From: Bdellovibrionota bacterium
GTDB lineage: Bacteria; Bdellovibrionota; UBA1018; CAIPTA01; JAALKR01
Reading direction: 5' to 3'
Length of the DNA: 64,000 bases
Assembly (NCBI GenBank): GCA_965207455.1
Contig: CBDBMJ010000003.1
Location: forward strand, 288,001 to 352,000
Made by a program: the position numbers and the translations under genes. Numbering within the stretch: position 1 is the stretch's first letter; each line of letters opens with the position of its first letter. Under the pieces are notes generated by a model, which was not told the DNA's origin, made no database searches, and saw only the letters and a list, made by a program, of their open reading frames with translations. This document shows, piece by piece, positions 49,176-59,758 of the stretch.

Positions 49176-50719
49176 GTGTTCAGAGAAATAGTTCGTACTT
49201 TTGTAATTCTAATAATCATATTCTTTTCACTCACTCCATCTTTTGCTCAAACAGCAAAGGCCGAAGCAACTGTCGCATTAAAGAAAGCTTATGGACCTTG
49301 GTACAAGTATCACGAGGTGGGGAAGGCTCTCCTGTGCAAAATTGGTATTGAGCCTGGGACTTCAAACTCTGGTTTATCTTCTCCAGACACAAGCAAAATT
49401 AAAAAAGAAGTAAAGAGATTGTCAGGAAAAGAAGTACTCTCGGTTGATTTTCATAATACAGTCCAAGAATATTCTGGCGGGTATGAGAAAAGCGTCCATC
49501 TATCGCTTCAGCATTCTCACCCCTTAAGCATCAATATTGTTTCTGAGTTTGATTCCTCTGGTGTACAGAGTTCTACTCCGTATTCGATTCTAACTGTGAT
49601 TTCGCCGGTGCCACGATCTGGGAATACGACGATCAAAGAAAAAAGGTTCTTACAAATTTTGATTCAACCGGTAATATTGCTCAAATCATTTACACAAACA
49701 GAGAGGCACTCTCGCTTGAAGAAATTTATGGCAATAATAAACATCACAGGTCATTTAGCGAGTTAGCCGAGGTTGCTACAAGAACTGATCGTATATTGGT
49801 CACAATATTCGATACAGGCGTAGACTATAATCATCCCGATCTTGCGTACAAAATCCATAATATGCCTATTGATAAATTGACAAGAGAATCAAATAAACAA
49901 AAGGAAAATATACTTGAAAGTGAAATACAAAAGCTGCAATCTACGGGTGAGCACGAATCTAAATTAGCAGACCTTTATAAAGAACTTCAAAAAATTAGTG
50001 TCGGGTGGGACTTTAAGGATAAAGACAATAAACCCTATGATTACGCCTTCGATTTCGCCTCCCTCTCTCACGGTACCCCCATTGCTGGTATAGCATCTAA
50101 AGAAAGTGATGACATCTCAATATTGCCCATAAGACTCTCATTTTCTGAAGCAAAAATATTTTATAAAGCAATTGAATTAGCTCATAGCAGGGGTTCGAGG
50201 ATTGTTAATATGAGTTTTGGAGGCTTTGATAAAGATAGTGATAATATGAAGTTTCTAGACACTGCGATGAAAGATAACCCTGATATGCTTTTCGTTGTTG
50301 TTGCAGGAAACGACGGCGAGGACCTGGCTAATAGACCTACATATCCAGCGGCTTCTGATTACTCGAATGTGATTGTTGTGGCATCCGTTGACGAGAATAA
50401 TGAGCTCTCAGATTTTTCAAGTTATAATAAAACTATGATTGATATTGCCGCTCTTGGTAGAGATGTGCTTTCTCCTGAACCTGGAAATACTTATAATAAA
50501 CGATCTGGAACTTCCTTTGCAGCACCTCAAGTTACTAGAGTTGCCGCTAAAGTAAAATTTATTAATCCAGATTTAACTCCAGAACAAATTATTGCCATCA
50601 TTAGAGATAGCGTTACCCCAATAGAATCCTTAAAAGATACGGTTACGTTTGGTGGTGTTCTTAACGAAGAAAAAGCAATAGAGTTAGCTAAAATGACTTT
50701 GCAACAATCTCCGTCATAA
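49176..50719 (+). pseudogene. Frameshifted secreted S8 subtilase (ORFs 49176-49766 and 49553-50719)
   Basis: First frame has the RBS and signal peptide; second frame, open from 49553, has 'FDTG', 'HGT', 'AGND', 'GTSFAAP'. Confidence 0.75.
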
Positions 50720-50840
50720 TGCGCCTCACCAATACAATGCCCTGCAAAATGCCATGCTATCTGAGCCACAAATGTCTGTTAAAGAATAAGAACAAAAAAT
50801 CTTACTATACTACTGACCCCATGATTAATTGGAAAATTGA

Positions 50841-51968
50841 TTATGGGGTTGGACTTATCACTTTTGGACTGAACTTTTTCTCTAAAATAACATTCACAAC
50901 AGAGCTCACTGCAATTAATAACAGCACAACGCTTGCCAGTTCTTTAGAAATAATTTCTTTTTCTATGGCGTAGATCGCACCCACGATGCCAAAGCTCAAT
51001 CGATAGTTAAACAGTATGCCGCCGTACAGAGGGAAATCTTTATCTTTCTTAAAAATAAAGGCAATGGAGTACTGTGTGGCTAGCTGTTTAGAAATAAACG
51101 CCACAGAGCCTAGTATTAAAAAGAGTAGAACGGAATGGCCGGTGAGAGAATCAAAGACAATTAAAGTGCCTGCATGAAAAAAGAATAGGGGAGCGAGGAG
51201 GCTATATACCACTGCTGATAATTTTGCAATAATCTCCTCATGCTCTGGATCTATGTCGGATAGGGTCATCCCCAGCAAAAAAGCAACAATTGCGCCATGG
51301 AGTCCGGCGCCTTCTGCAATCAATCCAATCACAGGCAGGAGCAATAGTATGGTCTTTAGTTCCAGCTCGGCACGGTTGCCCTGGTATTTATTAAATACAA
51401 AGATAATAATTTTTTTAGAGAACCAGAAAATGGTGGCTAGGCCCAGTAAAAAGATAGCGTTTTGAATTGTATATTCAAAGAGAGTGACTCCGAGAACAAG
51501 CATGGATAACATATCCACCACCATGGCAGCACCAAGAAATATTTGTCCCTGCAAACTATGGAGGGTATTCCTGTCCCTTAAAATCATAAAAATTATAGCC
51601 AGTGATGTTGTGGACAAGCAAGCCCCAATAACAAGACTCTGTTTTACGGTAAGCCCGATAAGCAAACAAGTAACTGTTAATAATAAGTAAGGAACAAAAA
51701 AGGAATTGCACCCAATGAATAGGTTCGCTTTCAGATTTTTTTTAAGAATTTTTATATCTATCTCAAACCCGGCCAAAAACATAATGGAGAGCAAGCCCAG
51801 CTGGGAAAATAGTTCCATCCAACCTGTCTCATCGGAGCTAAGAAAAGCGCCGCCAATAATGCCAGCAATAAATTCACCGACGGCAACGGGAAGGGAAAAT
51901 TCCAGGCACACAAAGCCAGAACTGACGATAAGTAAGGGAACTAATAATTGTTTAAAACTCATCCACAT
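50841..51968 (-). CDS. CPA2 cation:proton antiporter
   Basis: 'VGEFIAG', 'MFLAGFEID', 'STTSLAI', 'AMVVD', 'PLFF'; highly hydrophobic. Confidence 0.88.
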   Translation of the reverse strand: MWMSFKQLLVPLLIVSSGFVCLEFSLPVAVGEFIAGIIGGAFLSSDETGWMELFSQLGLLSIMFLAGFEIDIKILKKNLKANLFIGCNSFFVPYLLLTVTCLLIGLTVKQSLVIGACLSTTSLAIIFMILRDRNTLHSLQGQIFLGAAMVVDMLSMLVLGVTLFEYTIQNAIFLLGLATIFWFSKKIIIFVFNKYQGNRAELELKTILLLLPVIGLIAEGAGLHGAIVAFLLGMTLSDIDPEHEEIIAKLSAVVYSLLAPLFFFHAGTLIVFDSLTGHSVLLFLILGSVAFISKQLATQYSIAFIFKKDKDFPLYGGILFNYRLSFGIVGAIYAIEKEIISKELASVVLLLIAVSSVVNVILEKKFSPKVISPTP

Positions 51969-52037
51969 GGAAGAAATCCCCTCGTTACTTCTATGTTTCC
52001 ACAGTCGGGGTGAATAGAAAACAAAAAAGAATTTTTT

Positions 52038-53000
52038 TTAAAAAAAGATAGAGGCAGCTCGCCGTAATCGGTCCCATATCGCCTCCCATCTATCCCCATT
52101 CATAAATTCTTCCTTATGGGTATACAAAAAATCAACCTCTGTGCTGGATAGTTCGTGGAGTTGACTATAGAGGAACCTAGCCGCTATTTGCGGATCCTTG
52201 TTTAGGATCAGTTCTGCTCCTTGGGCAGAGGCAGATAGATTTAATTTTTCTAGGATCTCTGGCAGTGGCGATTGCGAATTTGTAAGAACCACCAAGGGCT
52301 TTATGGGTTGGTAGTGTTGGGCAAGGTGACCCGGGCTAGCCACGCTATTTTTTGCTTCCTCCACTCGCACTGAGCCCTGATAATCTTCTAAGTGTTTTCT
52401 TACATCGTTTGTGGTGATCACGCCTGGTCGTAGTACGGATATTTTTTCGTTCTTTTCCTCATCCGTGCCTTTTGGGGTGTGGATTTGAATAACCGTGGAC
52501 TCTATTCCAACGGAAGAAGCCCCTCCGTCCAATATATAGAGTTCTGGAAATACTTTTTTTACATGGTCGAAACATGTGGGGCTCGTCTTTCCAAACTTAT
52601 TTGCACTGGGAGCTGCCAACGGCTTACCCACATATTTTAGTAATGCCCTAGCCATGGGGTGGGCAGGCACACGAACAGCAACCGTATCTAGTCCCGCTGT
52701 AATTAGGGAATTTAGAGTCTTTTTTTTGGGCAACACCATGGTCAATGGTCCTGGCCAAAACTTTTTCGCAATAAATTCTGCCAAGGGCAGCCACCTATCC
52801 ACCACCTCGCCCACTTGCTCTTTGCTATATAGATGAACAATTAGAGGATCAAAAAGGGGGCGCTCCTTTATAGCAAAAATTTCCCGCAGCCCTTTTTCAC
52901 TGGAGGCTAGGGCCGCAAGACCGTAGACCGTTTCCGTCGGCAGCCCAATAATACCGTCGCTCTCTAAAATTCTCTTGGCTGTTTCTAAACTTTGCTCCAT
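52038..53000 (-). CDS. sua5: Threonylcarbamoyl-AMP synthase (Sua5/TsaC2)
   Basis: 'PTETVYGL', 'KERP..DPLIVH', 'APSAN', 'GIEST', 'SPG...HY'. Confidence 0.94.
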   Translation of the reverse strand: MEQSLETAKRILESDGIIGLPTETVYGLAALASSEKGLREIFAIKERPLFDPLIVHLYSKEQVGEVVDRWLPLAEFIAKKFWPGPLTMVLPKKKTLNSLITAGLDTVAVRVPAHPMARALLKYVGKPLAAPSANKFGKTSPTCFDHVKKVFPELYILDGGASSVGIESTVIQIHTPKGTDEEKNEKISVLRPGVITTNDVRKHLEDYQGSVRVEEAKNSVASPGHLAQHYQPIKPLVVLTNSQSPLPEILEKLNLSASAQGAELILNKDPQIAARFLYSQLHELSSTEVDFLYTHKEEFMNGDRWEAIWDRLRRAASIFF

Positions 53001-53098
53001 AGGTAGGGAGCCTACCCTAAAAATGCTCGTAAGCAAAAGCCCTTTGCGGTGATATGAGTCTTTCCAGTGCTTACGTTTTGGGATAAAGAAACTATTAG

Positions 53099-53551
53099 AT
53101 GTATTCTTTTTTACCCCATCGAATTTCTGTGGCAGAGACGGACCTCATGGGAATTCTCCACCACAGTAACCACATCAATTTATTGGAGCGAGGAAGAATT
53201 GAATTTATGCGTCAAATTGATATAAGCTACGCAGCCATTTCTAAAAATGGTTCCCATTTTCCCGTTCTCGATTTGGGGTGTCAGTATCGCTCTCCCATAC
53301 ATTTCGACGAGATTGCTTTGATTGAAACCCACCTATCTTTTATCAGCCCGTCCAGAATGGCTTTCTCCTACCGCATACTTGGAGGCACAGGCCTATCCCA
53401 GATAGATTTATCCCCATCGCCCCACGCAACAGGAAAACTTTTAGCGACTGCCTCCACCGAGCATTGCTGCGTTACGGAAGAAGGGCGACCCAAGCGAATC
53501 CCCGGTAACCTATTAAAAATATTTGCAAAATATTGTGTCGAGGACCGATGA
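53099..53551 (+). CDS. Hotdog-fold acyl-CoA thioesterase (4HBT/YbgC family)
   Basis: 'ETDLMGILHHSN', 'ERGR', 'YRSP'. Confidence 0.88.
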   Translation: MYSFLPHRISVAETDLMGILHHSNHINLLERGRIEFMRQIDISYAAISKNGSHFPVLDLGCQYRSPIHFDEIALIETHLSFISPSRMAFSYRILGGTGLSQIDLSPSPHATGKLLATASTEHCCVTEEGRPKRIPGNLLKIFAKYCVEDR

Positions 53552-54297
53552 TTACCATAAAATCTAGTCGAGAAATAGAGCTAATGCGAAGTGCGGGACG
53601 GTTAGCCGCAGAGTGCCTTTCCGAGATGGGAAAACTTATTGCTCCTGGCATAACCCCACTGGAAATTGACAAGGCTTGCTATGACTGGACCCTAGCACGA
53701 AACGCTGTGCCTGCTCCCCTAAACTATCGGGGCTTTCCCAACAGCTTATGCGTTTCTATAAACGATGTGGTTTGCCACGGTATTCCCGACAAGCGTCCAT
53801 TCAAAGACGGTGACATTGTTAATTTGGATGTTACACCCAAGCTTCAGGGTTACCACGGAGACACGAACCGCACCTTTTGTGTGGGAAATGTTTCCCAAGA
53901 AGCTAGGGATTTAATTTCTCACACAGAGAGGGCCATGTGGGAGGGAATTCGTGTGGTTCGACCGGGAGCTACTGTGGGAGATATTGGTCATGCCATTGCC
54001 TCCTTCACAAAAAAGAAAAAATATTCCATTGTTGTGGAGTACTGTGGTCATGGAATTGGACAAGAGTTCCACGAAGATCCGATCATTGTTCATGTGGGAA
54101 CTCCGGGGAGGGGTCCTGTATTAAAAGAAGGAATGACCTTTACCGTTGAACCCATGATCAATATAGGTTCTCGCCATATAAAATTAGCCGACGACGGTTG
54201 GACCGTCCACACCATAGACGGATCCCTGTCTGCTCAATTTGAACATACCCTGCTAGTAACCTCCGATGGTTATGAAGTGCTCACACTACTGGACTAA
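53548..54297 (+). CDS. map: Methionine aminopeptidase type I
   Basis: 'CHGIP', 'NLDVT...HGDT', 'CGHGIG..FHEDP', 'VEPM', 'AQFEHT'; ATGA overlap with the thioesterase. Confidence 0.96.
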   Translation: MITIKSSREIELMRSAGRLAAECLSEMGKLIAPGITPLEIDKACYDWTLARNAVPAPLNYRGFPNSLCVSINDVVCHGIPDKRPFKDGDIVNLDVTPKLQGYHGDTNRTFCVGNVSQEARDLISHTERAMWEGIRVVRPGATVGDIGHAIASFTKKKKYSIVVEYCGHGIGQEFHEDPIIVHVGTPGRGPVLKEGMTFTVEPMINIGSRHIKLADDGWTVHTIDGSLSAQFEHTLLVTSDGYEVLTLLD

Positions 54298-54308
54298 ACG
54301 AGGAAATT

Positions 54309-55598
54309 TTGACTATCTCTTTCCGACGAACAGATTGGCCACAAAATAGAAAAGACACCATTTCATTTGTTAGCTCCTTATTAAGGGATCATAAACAACA
54401 GAATCCTCTTTTTTTTCTACTCTCTCAAGACCAAGAGCTTTCCCTTGCTTGGGGATCGGTTCACACCGTTTTTGCTTCTGGAGAAAATCGAACGGATCAG
54501 TTGCGGGAAAAAATACATCATTGCGAACAAGGTATGGATTCTTCCATACCTCCTTGGTTTGGTGGTCTCTCTTTTTTTTCTGCCCCTTCGAAAAACAAAA
54601 AAGATATATGGGAAGATTTTCCCAATAGCGTCTTTTTTCTTCCAAAAAACTTTATTCATTTCTCCCCGAATAATGAAAATGGCTATGCCCTATCGATGGA
54701 AAAAGACATGCCTAACTGGAATAAAGCACAGGAAAAGACTTCTCCCATGGGTTTTGGCAACCCTGTGGATCAAGATCAGGACAAAGAACAATGGGGGCAA
54801 TTATTTCAATCCGCTGCCACGTTGCTGGAGGAAGGGAGGATAAAAAAAATTGTCCTTTCCCAGAAAAAGACATTTCAAATACTAGAGAAGGCTTCTCTAG
54901 AAAATTATTGGAAACATTTTTATCCCCTGCTCGATTCCTCTCCCCACACAAATCTATTTTGCTTTCTCTGGAAAGATTCCCTGTTTATGGGTTTAAGTCC
55001 AGAGCATTTATTTCTTCTGGAGGAAAAAACCTTATCGGTTCCGGCTATTGCTGGCACGGCTTCACGAGGAGCCTCTCCTACCGAAGACAAGGAACTAGAA
55101 AAAAAATTACTCGCTTCCTCTAAAGAGCGCCTAGAGCACGATATTGTGGTTCAATGGATTCAAAAAAAATTTGCTGGGTTCGGAAAAAAATTTCCCCACT
55201 GTGTGCCTAAGATTTTAAAATTGCAGCACATCCAACACCTATACACAAACCACCAAGCTATTTTGGAAGAAAACCCAGACCCCTGGGATTTATTAAAAGC
55301 ATTTCACCCCACGCCTGCCATGTGCGGGCATCCTCAAAAAAAAGCTCTCGCCTTTTTGGCCGACAAAGAAAACTATAACAGGGGGCTATACGCCTCTCCC
55401 ATTGGTTACGTTTCTCCTCGACAGCACAAGGCACGCTTCGTAATTGGTATTCGTTCTGCTCTCGCACAAAAAGAGCAAGTCCATGTTTTTGGAGGAGCAG
55501 GAATTGTGCCCAATTCCCAAGTGCAAGAAGAATGGAGAGAAATAAATAAAAAAATGCGTCCCGCTGTGGACATTTTCACTCGAGGTAACCATGGATAA
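54309..55598 (+). CDS. menF: Isochorismate synthase
   Basis: 'KIVLS', 'SPEHL', 'IAGT', 'KERLEH', 'HPTPA', 'IGIRS', 'GAGIV'. Confidence 0.88.
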   Translation: MTISFRRTDWPQNRKDTISFVSSLLRDHKQQNPLFFLLSQDQELSLAWGSVHTVFASGENRTDQLREKIHHCEQGMDSSIPPWFGGLSFFSAPSKNKKDIWEDFPNSVFFLPKNFIHFSPNNENGYALSMEKDMPNWNKAQEKTSPMGFGNPVDQDQDKEQWGQLFQSAATLLEEGRIKKIVLSQKKTFQILEKASLENYWKHFYPLLDSSPHTNLFCFLWKDSLFMGLSPEHLFLLEEKTLSVPAIAGTASRGASPTEDKELEKKLLASSKERLEHDIVVQWIQKKFAGFGKKFPHCVPKILKLQHIQHLYTNHQAILEENPDPWDLLKAFHPTPAMCGHPQKKALAFLADKENYNRGLYASPIGYVSPRQHKARFVIGIRSALAQKEQVHVFGGAGIVPNSQVQEEWREINKKMRPAVDIFTRGNHG

Positions 55599-57288
55599 CT
55601 GGGGAATTTTTCAAGCACAGTGGGCTTTTTCTGCTCTCGACGGGTTAAGCAAAGCTGGAGTGCGCACCGTATGTGCCGCACCTGGATTTCGAAATTCCCC
55701 TTTGATTCTGGCAGCAAAAACAAATCCCAATATTCGTTGTGAATTAGCTGTGGACGAGAGAGGGCTTGCTTTTTTTGCTCTTGGGATAGCAAAAAGCACA
55801 TCCACGCCTGTGGTGGTTTTGTGTACCTCGGGCACTGCCGCTGCAAATTTACATCCCGCTATTTTAGAAGCTTACTACGATGATGTGCCACTGATCGTTA
55901 TCACTGCCGATAGGCCCCATGAACTTATTGGTAGTGGTGCGAACCAAACCATGGATCAGATGCATTTATTTGGAAAGCACGTTCGATTTTTCCAAAACAT
56001 TCCCGTTCCTGAAACTTTTAGCGATTTCCAGTACCGGTTTTTAGCTCAAATGATGAATAAGGCTTATTGTTTTTCCATGGGTCCTAGTCCGGGCCCTGTG
56101 CATATCAATATGTCATTCAGAGAGCCGCTCCTACCCGAAAGTGAGCAAGAATTCTCTTTGCCTTCTCACACTTATGACGATTTTCCCTTCTCCCCTACTT
56201 TAGCTATTTGTCCTAAGCGAGCTAAAGAAGCGGCTACGCTTATGTCCTCCAGTAAAAATCCTGTTTTTCTTTTGGGTCCGGGTCACTATACGGAAGATTT
56301 TTTTCAAGTTATTGTCCGTATGGGAGAAGCTCTTTCCTGCCCTGTAATTGCAGAAGCGGCTAGTGGACTCCCCTTCAGCTACGCTGCTCAAAAAACAAAA
56401 AATATTATCATCGCTAACGACAGTACCATAAAACCGCTGACTCAAATCTTTTCGCCGGACTTACTAGTTCGTTTTGGTCGTCCCATGACCAGCAAATTAT
56501 TCCAAACCTGGGATAATAAAAATATAAAAACATTACTTTTCGATAGGGGAACAGAGGTGCGAAATCCTTCCTATTCTCCTAGCATGCATTTCAATGGTCC
56601 CTTGGAGGGATGGGGCAAGGAAGTGCTCCGTTACCTACCGACAGTAAAAAATCCTTTGGGATGGAAGGAAGAGCTTTCCCAAGGAATTCAACAAGAAACT
56701 CAAAAGATAAATGCTTCCATTTCCAAGCAAACAAAACTAACGGAATGGTTTATCAGTAATTACCTTTCTTGTAATAATGAGCACACCACAGCGAATTTAT
56801 TTCTCGGCAACAGTATGCCCATACGGGATTTTAACTCCACTTGCACGCGCTACGGAATAAAAAAAATGCGAATTTTTCATAACCGGGGGCTTAGTGGTAT
56901 TGATGGAATACTTTCCACTGCAATGGGCGTTGCACTAAATAAAGGCCAACAAGAAAAAACAACACTCCTGTACGGAGACCTTTCCGCCCTTCATGATCTC
57001 AATGCCTTTGCTTTGTTAAAAAAAATGGAGTCGAGACTAAACATGACTGTTATTTTAATTAATAACAACGGAGGAGAAATTTTCCGTCAAGTGGCCACAA
57101 ATTATCCAGAGGATTGGTTTGTCCTGCCGATGGAAATAGACTTTCAAAAAATTATCCAGGGTTTTGGATTAGCTTATTATAAAACAGACTGTCCAAAAGA
57201 TTTTGCACGCGCAGTGAACAGTGACGGTGTGCAGGTAATAGAAGCCATCTGCTCCAGTCCCCACAACCAGTCCGTTCGGAATATATAG
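55591..57288 (+). CDS. menD: SEPHCHC synthase
   Basis: 'PGFRNSPL', 'DERG', 'TSGTA', 'TADRP', 'NRGLSGIDG', 'GDLSALHD', 'NNNGG'. Confidence 0.95.
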   Translation: MDNWGIFQAQWAFSALDGLSKAGVRTVCAAPGFRNSPLILAAKTNPNIRCELAVDERGLAFFALGIAKSTSTPVVVLCTSGTAAANLHPAILEAYYDDVPLIVITADRPHELIGSGANQTMDQMHLFGKHVRFFQNIPVPETFSDFQYRFLAQMMNKAYCFSMGPSPGPVHINMSFREPLLPESEQEFSLPSHTYDDFPFSPTLAICPKRAKEAATLMSSSKNPVFLLGPGHYTEDFFQVIVRMGEALSCPVIAEAASGLPFSYAAQKTKNIIIANDSTIKPLTQIFSPDLLVRFGRPMTSKLFQTWDNKNIKTLLFDRGTEVRNPSYSPSMHFNGPLEGWGKEVLRYLPTVKNPLGWKEELSQGIQQETQKINASISKQTKLTEWFISNYLSCNNEHTTANLFLGNSMPIRDFNSTCTRYGIKKMRIFHNRGLSGIDGILSTAMGVALNKGQQEKTTLLYGDLSALHDLNAFALLKKMESRLNMTVILINNNGGEIFRQVATNYPEDWFVLPMEIDFQKIIQGFGLAYYKTDCPKDFARAVNSDGVQVIEAICSSPHNQSVRNI

Positions 57289-57293
57289 AGGAT

Positions 57294-58079
57294 ATGAAGA
57301 AACAAATTATTTTTTTTCACGGCTTTGGCGGCAAGGATTCGGATTGGAATTCTGTTATTTCCTTCCTTCCTTATACCGCTCACAGCCTGCTCCTACCCGG
57401 ACACGCAAGTGCCCCCAGCCTAGAGGATTTAAATATACATACTCCCATGGACATGGGAAAATATTTAGCAGAAAAAATAACAAGGCTGGTATCCGGCAAG
57501 GTTTATTTATGCGGTTATTCCATGGGAGGGAGGCTTGCCACACTTACAGCGGAGCATTTGCCTATGGTTCTGGGTTTAGGTTTAATCTCCAGTGGTGCGG
57601 GGGAAAATACACAGCGACAGCTCTCCGACCAAAGATGGGCCAATTTGTTGCGGAAAAACAAAGCTCGCTTCTGGAAAGAATGGTTAGGGCAAACACTTTT
57701 TTCCTCCCTTCGTCGCGACGCACAGTTATCAGAGCGCTGGCTCGAGGAAAGAATGTGTCACGATCCTCAGTCCCTTGCCCAAGTTTTAGAAAAGCTTAGC
57801 CCCTCTGCCCATCCGTCGCTCTTAAAGTACTGGCACAAACACCAAGATTTGCTGTACATTGTGGGAGAGCAGGATAAAAAGTATTGCAGATTACTGGACA
57901 GGGTGGAAGCAACATTGCCCCTAGCTACCACAAGGATTGTCCCTGGAGCATCCCATAATATCTTAATGGAACGCCCTCAGGATCTAGCGCAAATACTACA
58001 AAACTGGATAGAGGAAACTGAACATGGAAAGAAAAATACGTCAAGCGGATATCCCTTGGAAAAGCGTCAAAGACTTTGA
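57294..58079 (+). CDS. menH: SHCHC synthase (alpha/beta hydrolase)
   Basis: 'HGFGG', 'GYSMGGR', 'GEQDKKY', 'SHN'; operon position. Confidence 0.85.
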   Translation: MKKQIIFFHGFGGKDSDWNSVISFLPYTAHSLLLPGHASAPSLEDLNIHTPMDMGKYLAEKITRLVSGKVYLCGYSMGGRLATLTAEHLPMVLGLGLISSGAGENTQRQLSDQRWANLLRKNKARFWKEWLGQTLFSSLRRDAQLSERWLEERMCHDPQSLAQVLEKLSPSAHPSLLKYWHKHQDLLYIVGEQDKKYCRLLDRVEATLPLATTRIVPGASHNILMERPQDLAQILQNWIEETEHGKKNTSSGYPLEKRQRL

Positions 58080-58863
58080 AGATATTCGTTACGAAAAAGC
58101 GAACGGCATTGCAAAGATTACTATTAACAGGCCTTCTGTGCACAATGCTTTTCGCCCCGCTACTGTAAAGGAATTATCTCTTGCCTTTTCAGATGTGAGA
58201 GAAGATCAAGAAGTGGGTGTGGTTATTCTCACAGGGGATGGCTCCGATGCTTTTTGCAGTGGCGGAGATCAAAGGATCAGAAGCGACAAGGGATATGTGG
58301 GAGACGACGGAGTTCCTCGACTAAACATATTGGACCTGCAAAAACAAATTCGAACACTACCCAAACCTGTAATTGCTATGGTTGCAGGCTACGCCATTGG
58401 TGGTGGTCACGTGCTACATATTGTTTGTGATTTAACAATAGCCGCAGACAATGCTCGCTTTGGTCAAACGGGTCCAAAGGTGGGAAGTTTCGACGGTGGT
58501 TTCGGTGCCGGTTATTTAACTCGACTAGTGGGTCAGAAAAAAGCACGGGAGATTTGGTTTTTGTGTAAGCAGTATAGTGCCCAAGAGGCCCTTTCCATGG
58601 GACTTATCAACACTGTTGTTCCTTTGGAAGAGCTGGAAGAAAAAACTGTGGACTGGTGTAGAGAAATATTACAACACAGCCCTATGGCTTTGCGCTGCTT
58701 AAAATCTGCTTTTAATGCAGAACTGGACGGGCAGTCCGGAATTCAGGAGTTAGCAGGAAACACAACACTTTTATACTATATGAGTGAAGAGGCTCGGGAA
58801 GGAAAAAATGCTTTTCTGGAAAAAAGAACCCCAGATTTCTCCAAATTCCCCCGCCTTCCATAA
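58024..58863 (+). CDS. menB: 1,4-dihydroxy-2-naphthoyl-CoA synthase
   Basis: 'FCSGGDQ', '[13 protein letters not shown]', 'KKAREIW', C-terminal '[10 protein letters not shown]'. Confidence 0.97.
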   Translation: MERKIRQADIPWKSVKDFEDIRYEKANGIAKITINRPSVHNAFRPATVKELSLAFSDVREDQEVGVVILTGDGSDAFCSGGDQRIRSDKGYVGDDGVPRLNILDLQKQIRTLPKPVIAMVAGYAIGGGHVLHIVCDLTIAADNARFGQTGPKVGSFDGGFGAGYLTRLVGQKKAREIWFLCKQYSAQEALSMGLINTVVPLEELEEKTVDWCREILQHSPMALRCLKSAFNAELDGQSGIQELAGNTTLLYYMSEEAREGKNAFLEKRTPDFSKFPRLP

Positions 58864-59758
58864 ATGGCTTGTTGCCATTCGAGGGAAAACACTGAGTGCC
58901 GCTCTTTCACCTATCATTCTCTCTGGAGCTTTTGCTTTTTATGTAAACTCCTTTCACTTGCTATCTTTCCTAGCCTGTATTTTTTGCGCCTTCACCATTC
59001 AGATAGCCACTAATTTTATTAACGACGCCGGAGATTTCGCCCGGGGAGCGGACACAGAAGATCGCCTTGGTCCACCAAGAGCCGCGCAAAGAAAACTTCT
59101 AACAGTGCGACAATTATATACTGCCGCTGCTGTGCTGTTAAGCCTCGCTTTCCTCGTGGGTACCTATCTTATTTTTCGTGGTGGAATGCCCATATTTATT
59201 ATAGGGATTTTATCCATTGCCTGTGCTTTTCTCTATACAGGCGGTCCCTATCCCTTGGCCTATTATGGTCTCGGAGATTTTTTTGCTTTTGTTTTTTTTG
59301 GCGTATTTGCGGTTTGTGGCTCCTTCTATGTACAAACCCATTTTTTAGATAAAAACATCATCCTGCTTTCCTTTGCCATAGGGTTTCTAGTAAGTTCTTT
59401 AATCGCTGTTAATAATACAAGAGACATTCCAACGGACAGGAAGGCAAATAAGAAAACCCTATCCTGTTATATGGGAGAAAAAATATCCAAAATATACTGC
59501 TCCTCCTTAATGCTGTTTCCATATGCTATTTATTTATTTCTGATTTCCCGAACGTTAGAGCAAGAGAAAAATATCTCCTGGCTTTTGCTCCCCATCCTCG
59601 TATTTCCCTTTTGTATAAAAAATATTTTTTTACTCCATGGAGCAAGAACGGGGGCAAGTTACAATCTTTTACTGGGCAGAACTTCCATTCATCTGCTTCT
59701 TTTTTCTTCCACCCTGGCTCTCGCACTTCTTCTCTTTGATGGATCCTTAGTGGTATGA
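58784..59758 (+). CDS. menA: DHNA polyprenyltransferase (start uncertain: GTG 58784 or ATG 58808)
   Basis: 'RGKTL', '[14 protein letters not shown]', 'YTGGP', 'GLGD', 'NNTRDIPTD'. Confidence 0.93.
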   Translation: MKRLGKEKMLFWKKEPQISPNSPAFHKWLVAIRGKTLSAALSPIILSGAFAFYVNSFHLLSFLACIFCAFTIQIATNFINDAGDFARGADTEDRLGPPRAAQRKLLTVRQLYTAAAVLLSLAFLVGTYLIFRGGMPIFIIGILSIACAFLYTGGPYPLAYYGLGDFFAFVFFGVFAVCGSFYVQTHFLDKNIILLSFAIGFLVSSLIAVNNTRDIPTDRKANKKTLSCYMGEKISKIYCSSLMLFPYAIYLFLISRTLEQEKNISWLLLPILVFPFCIKNIFLLHGARTGASYNLLLGRTSIHLLLFSSTLALALLLFDGSLVV

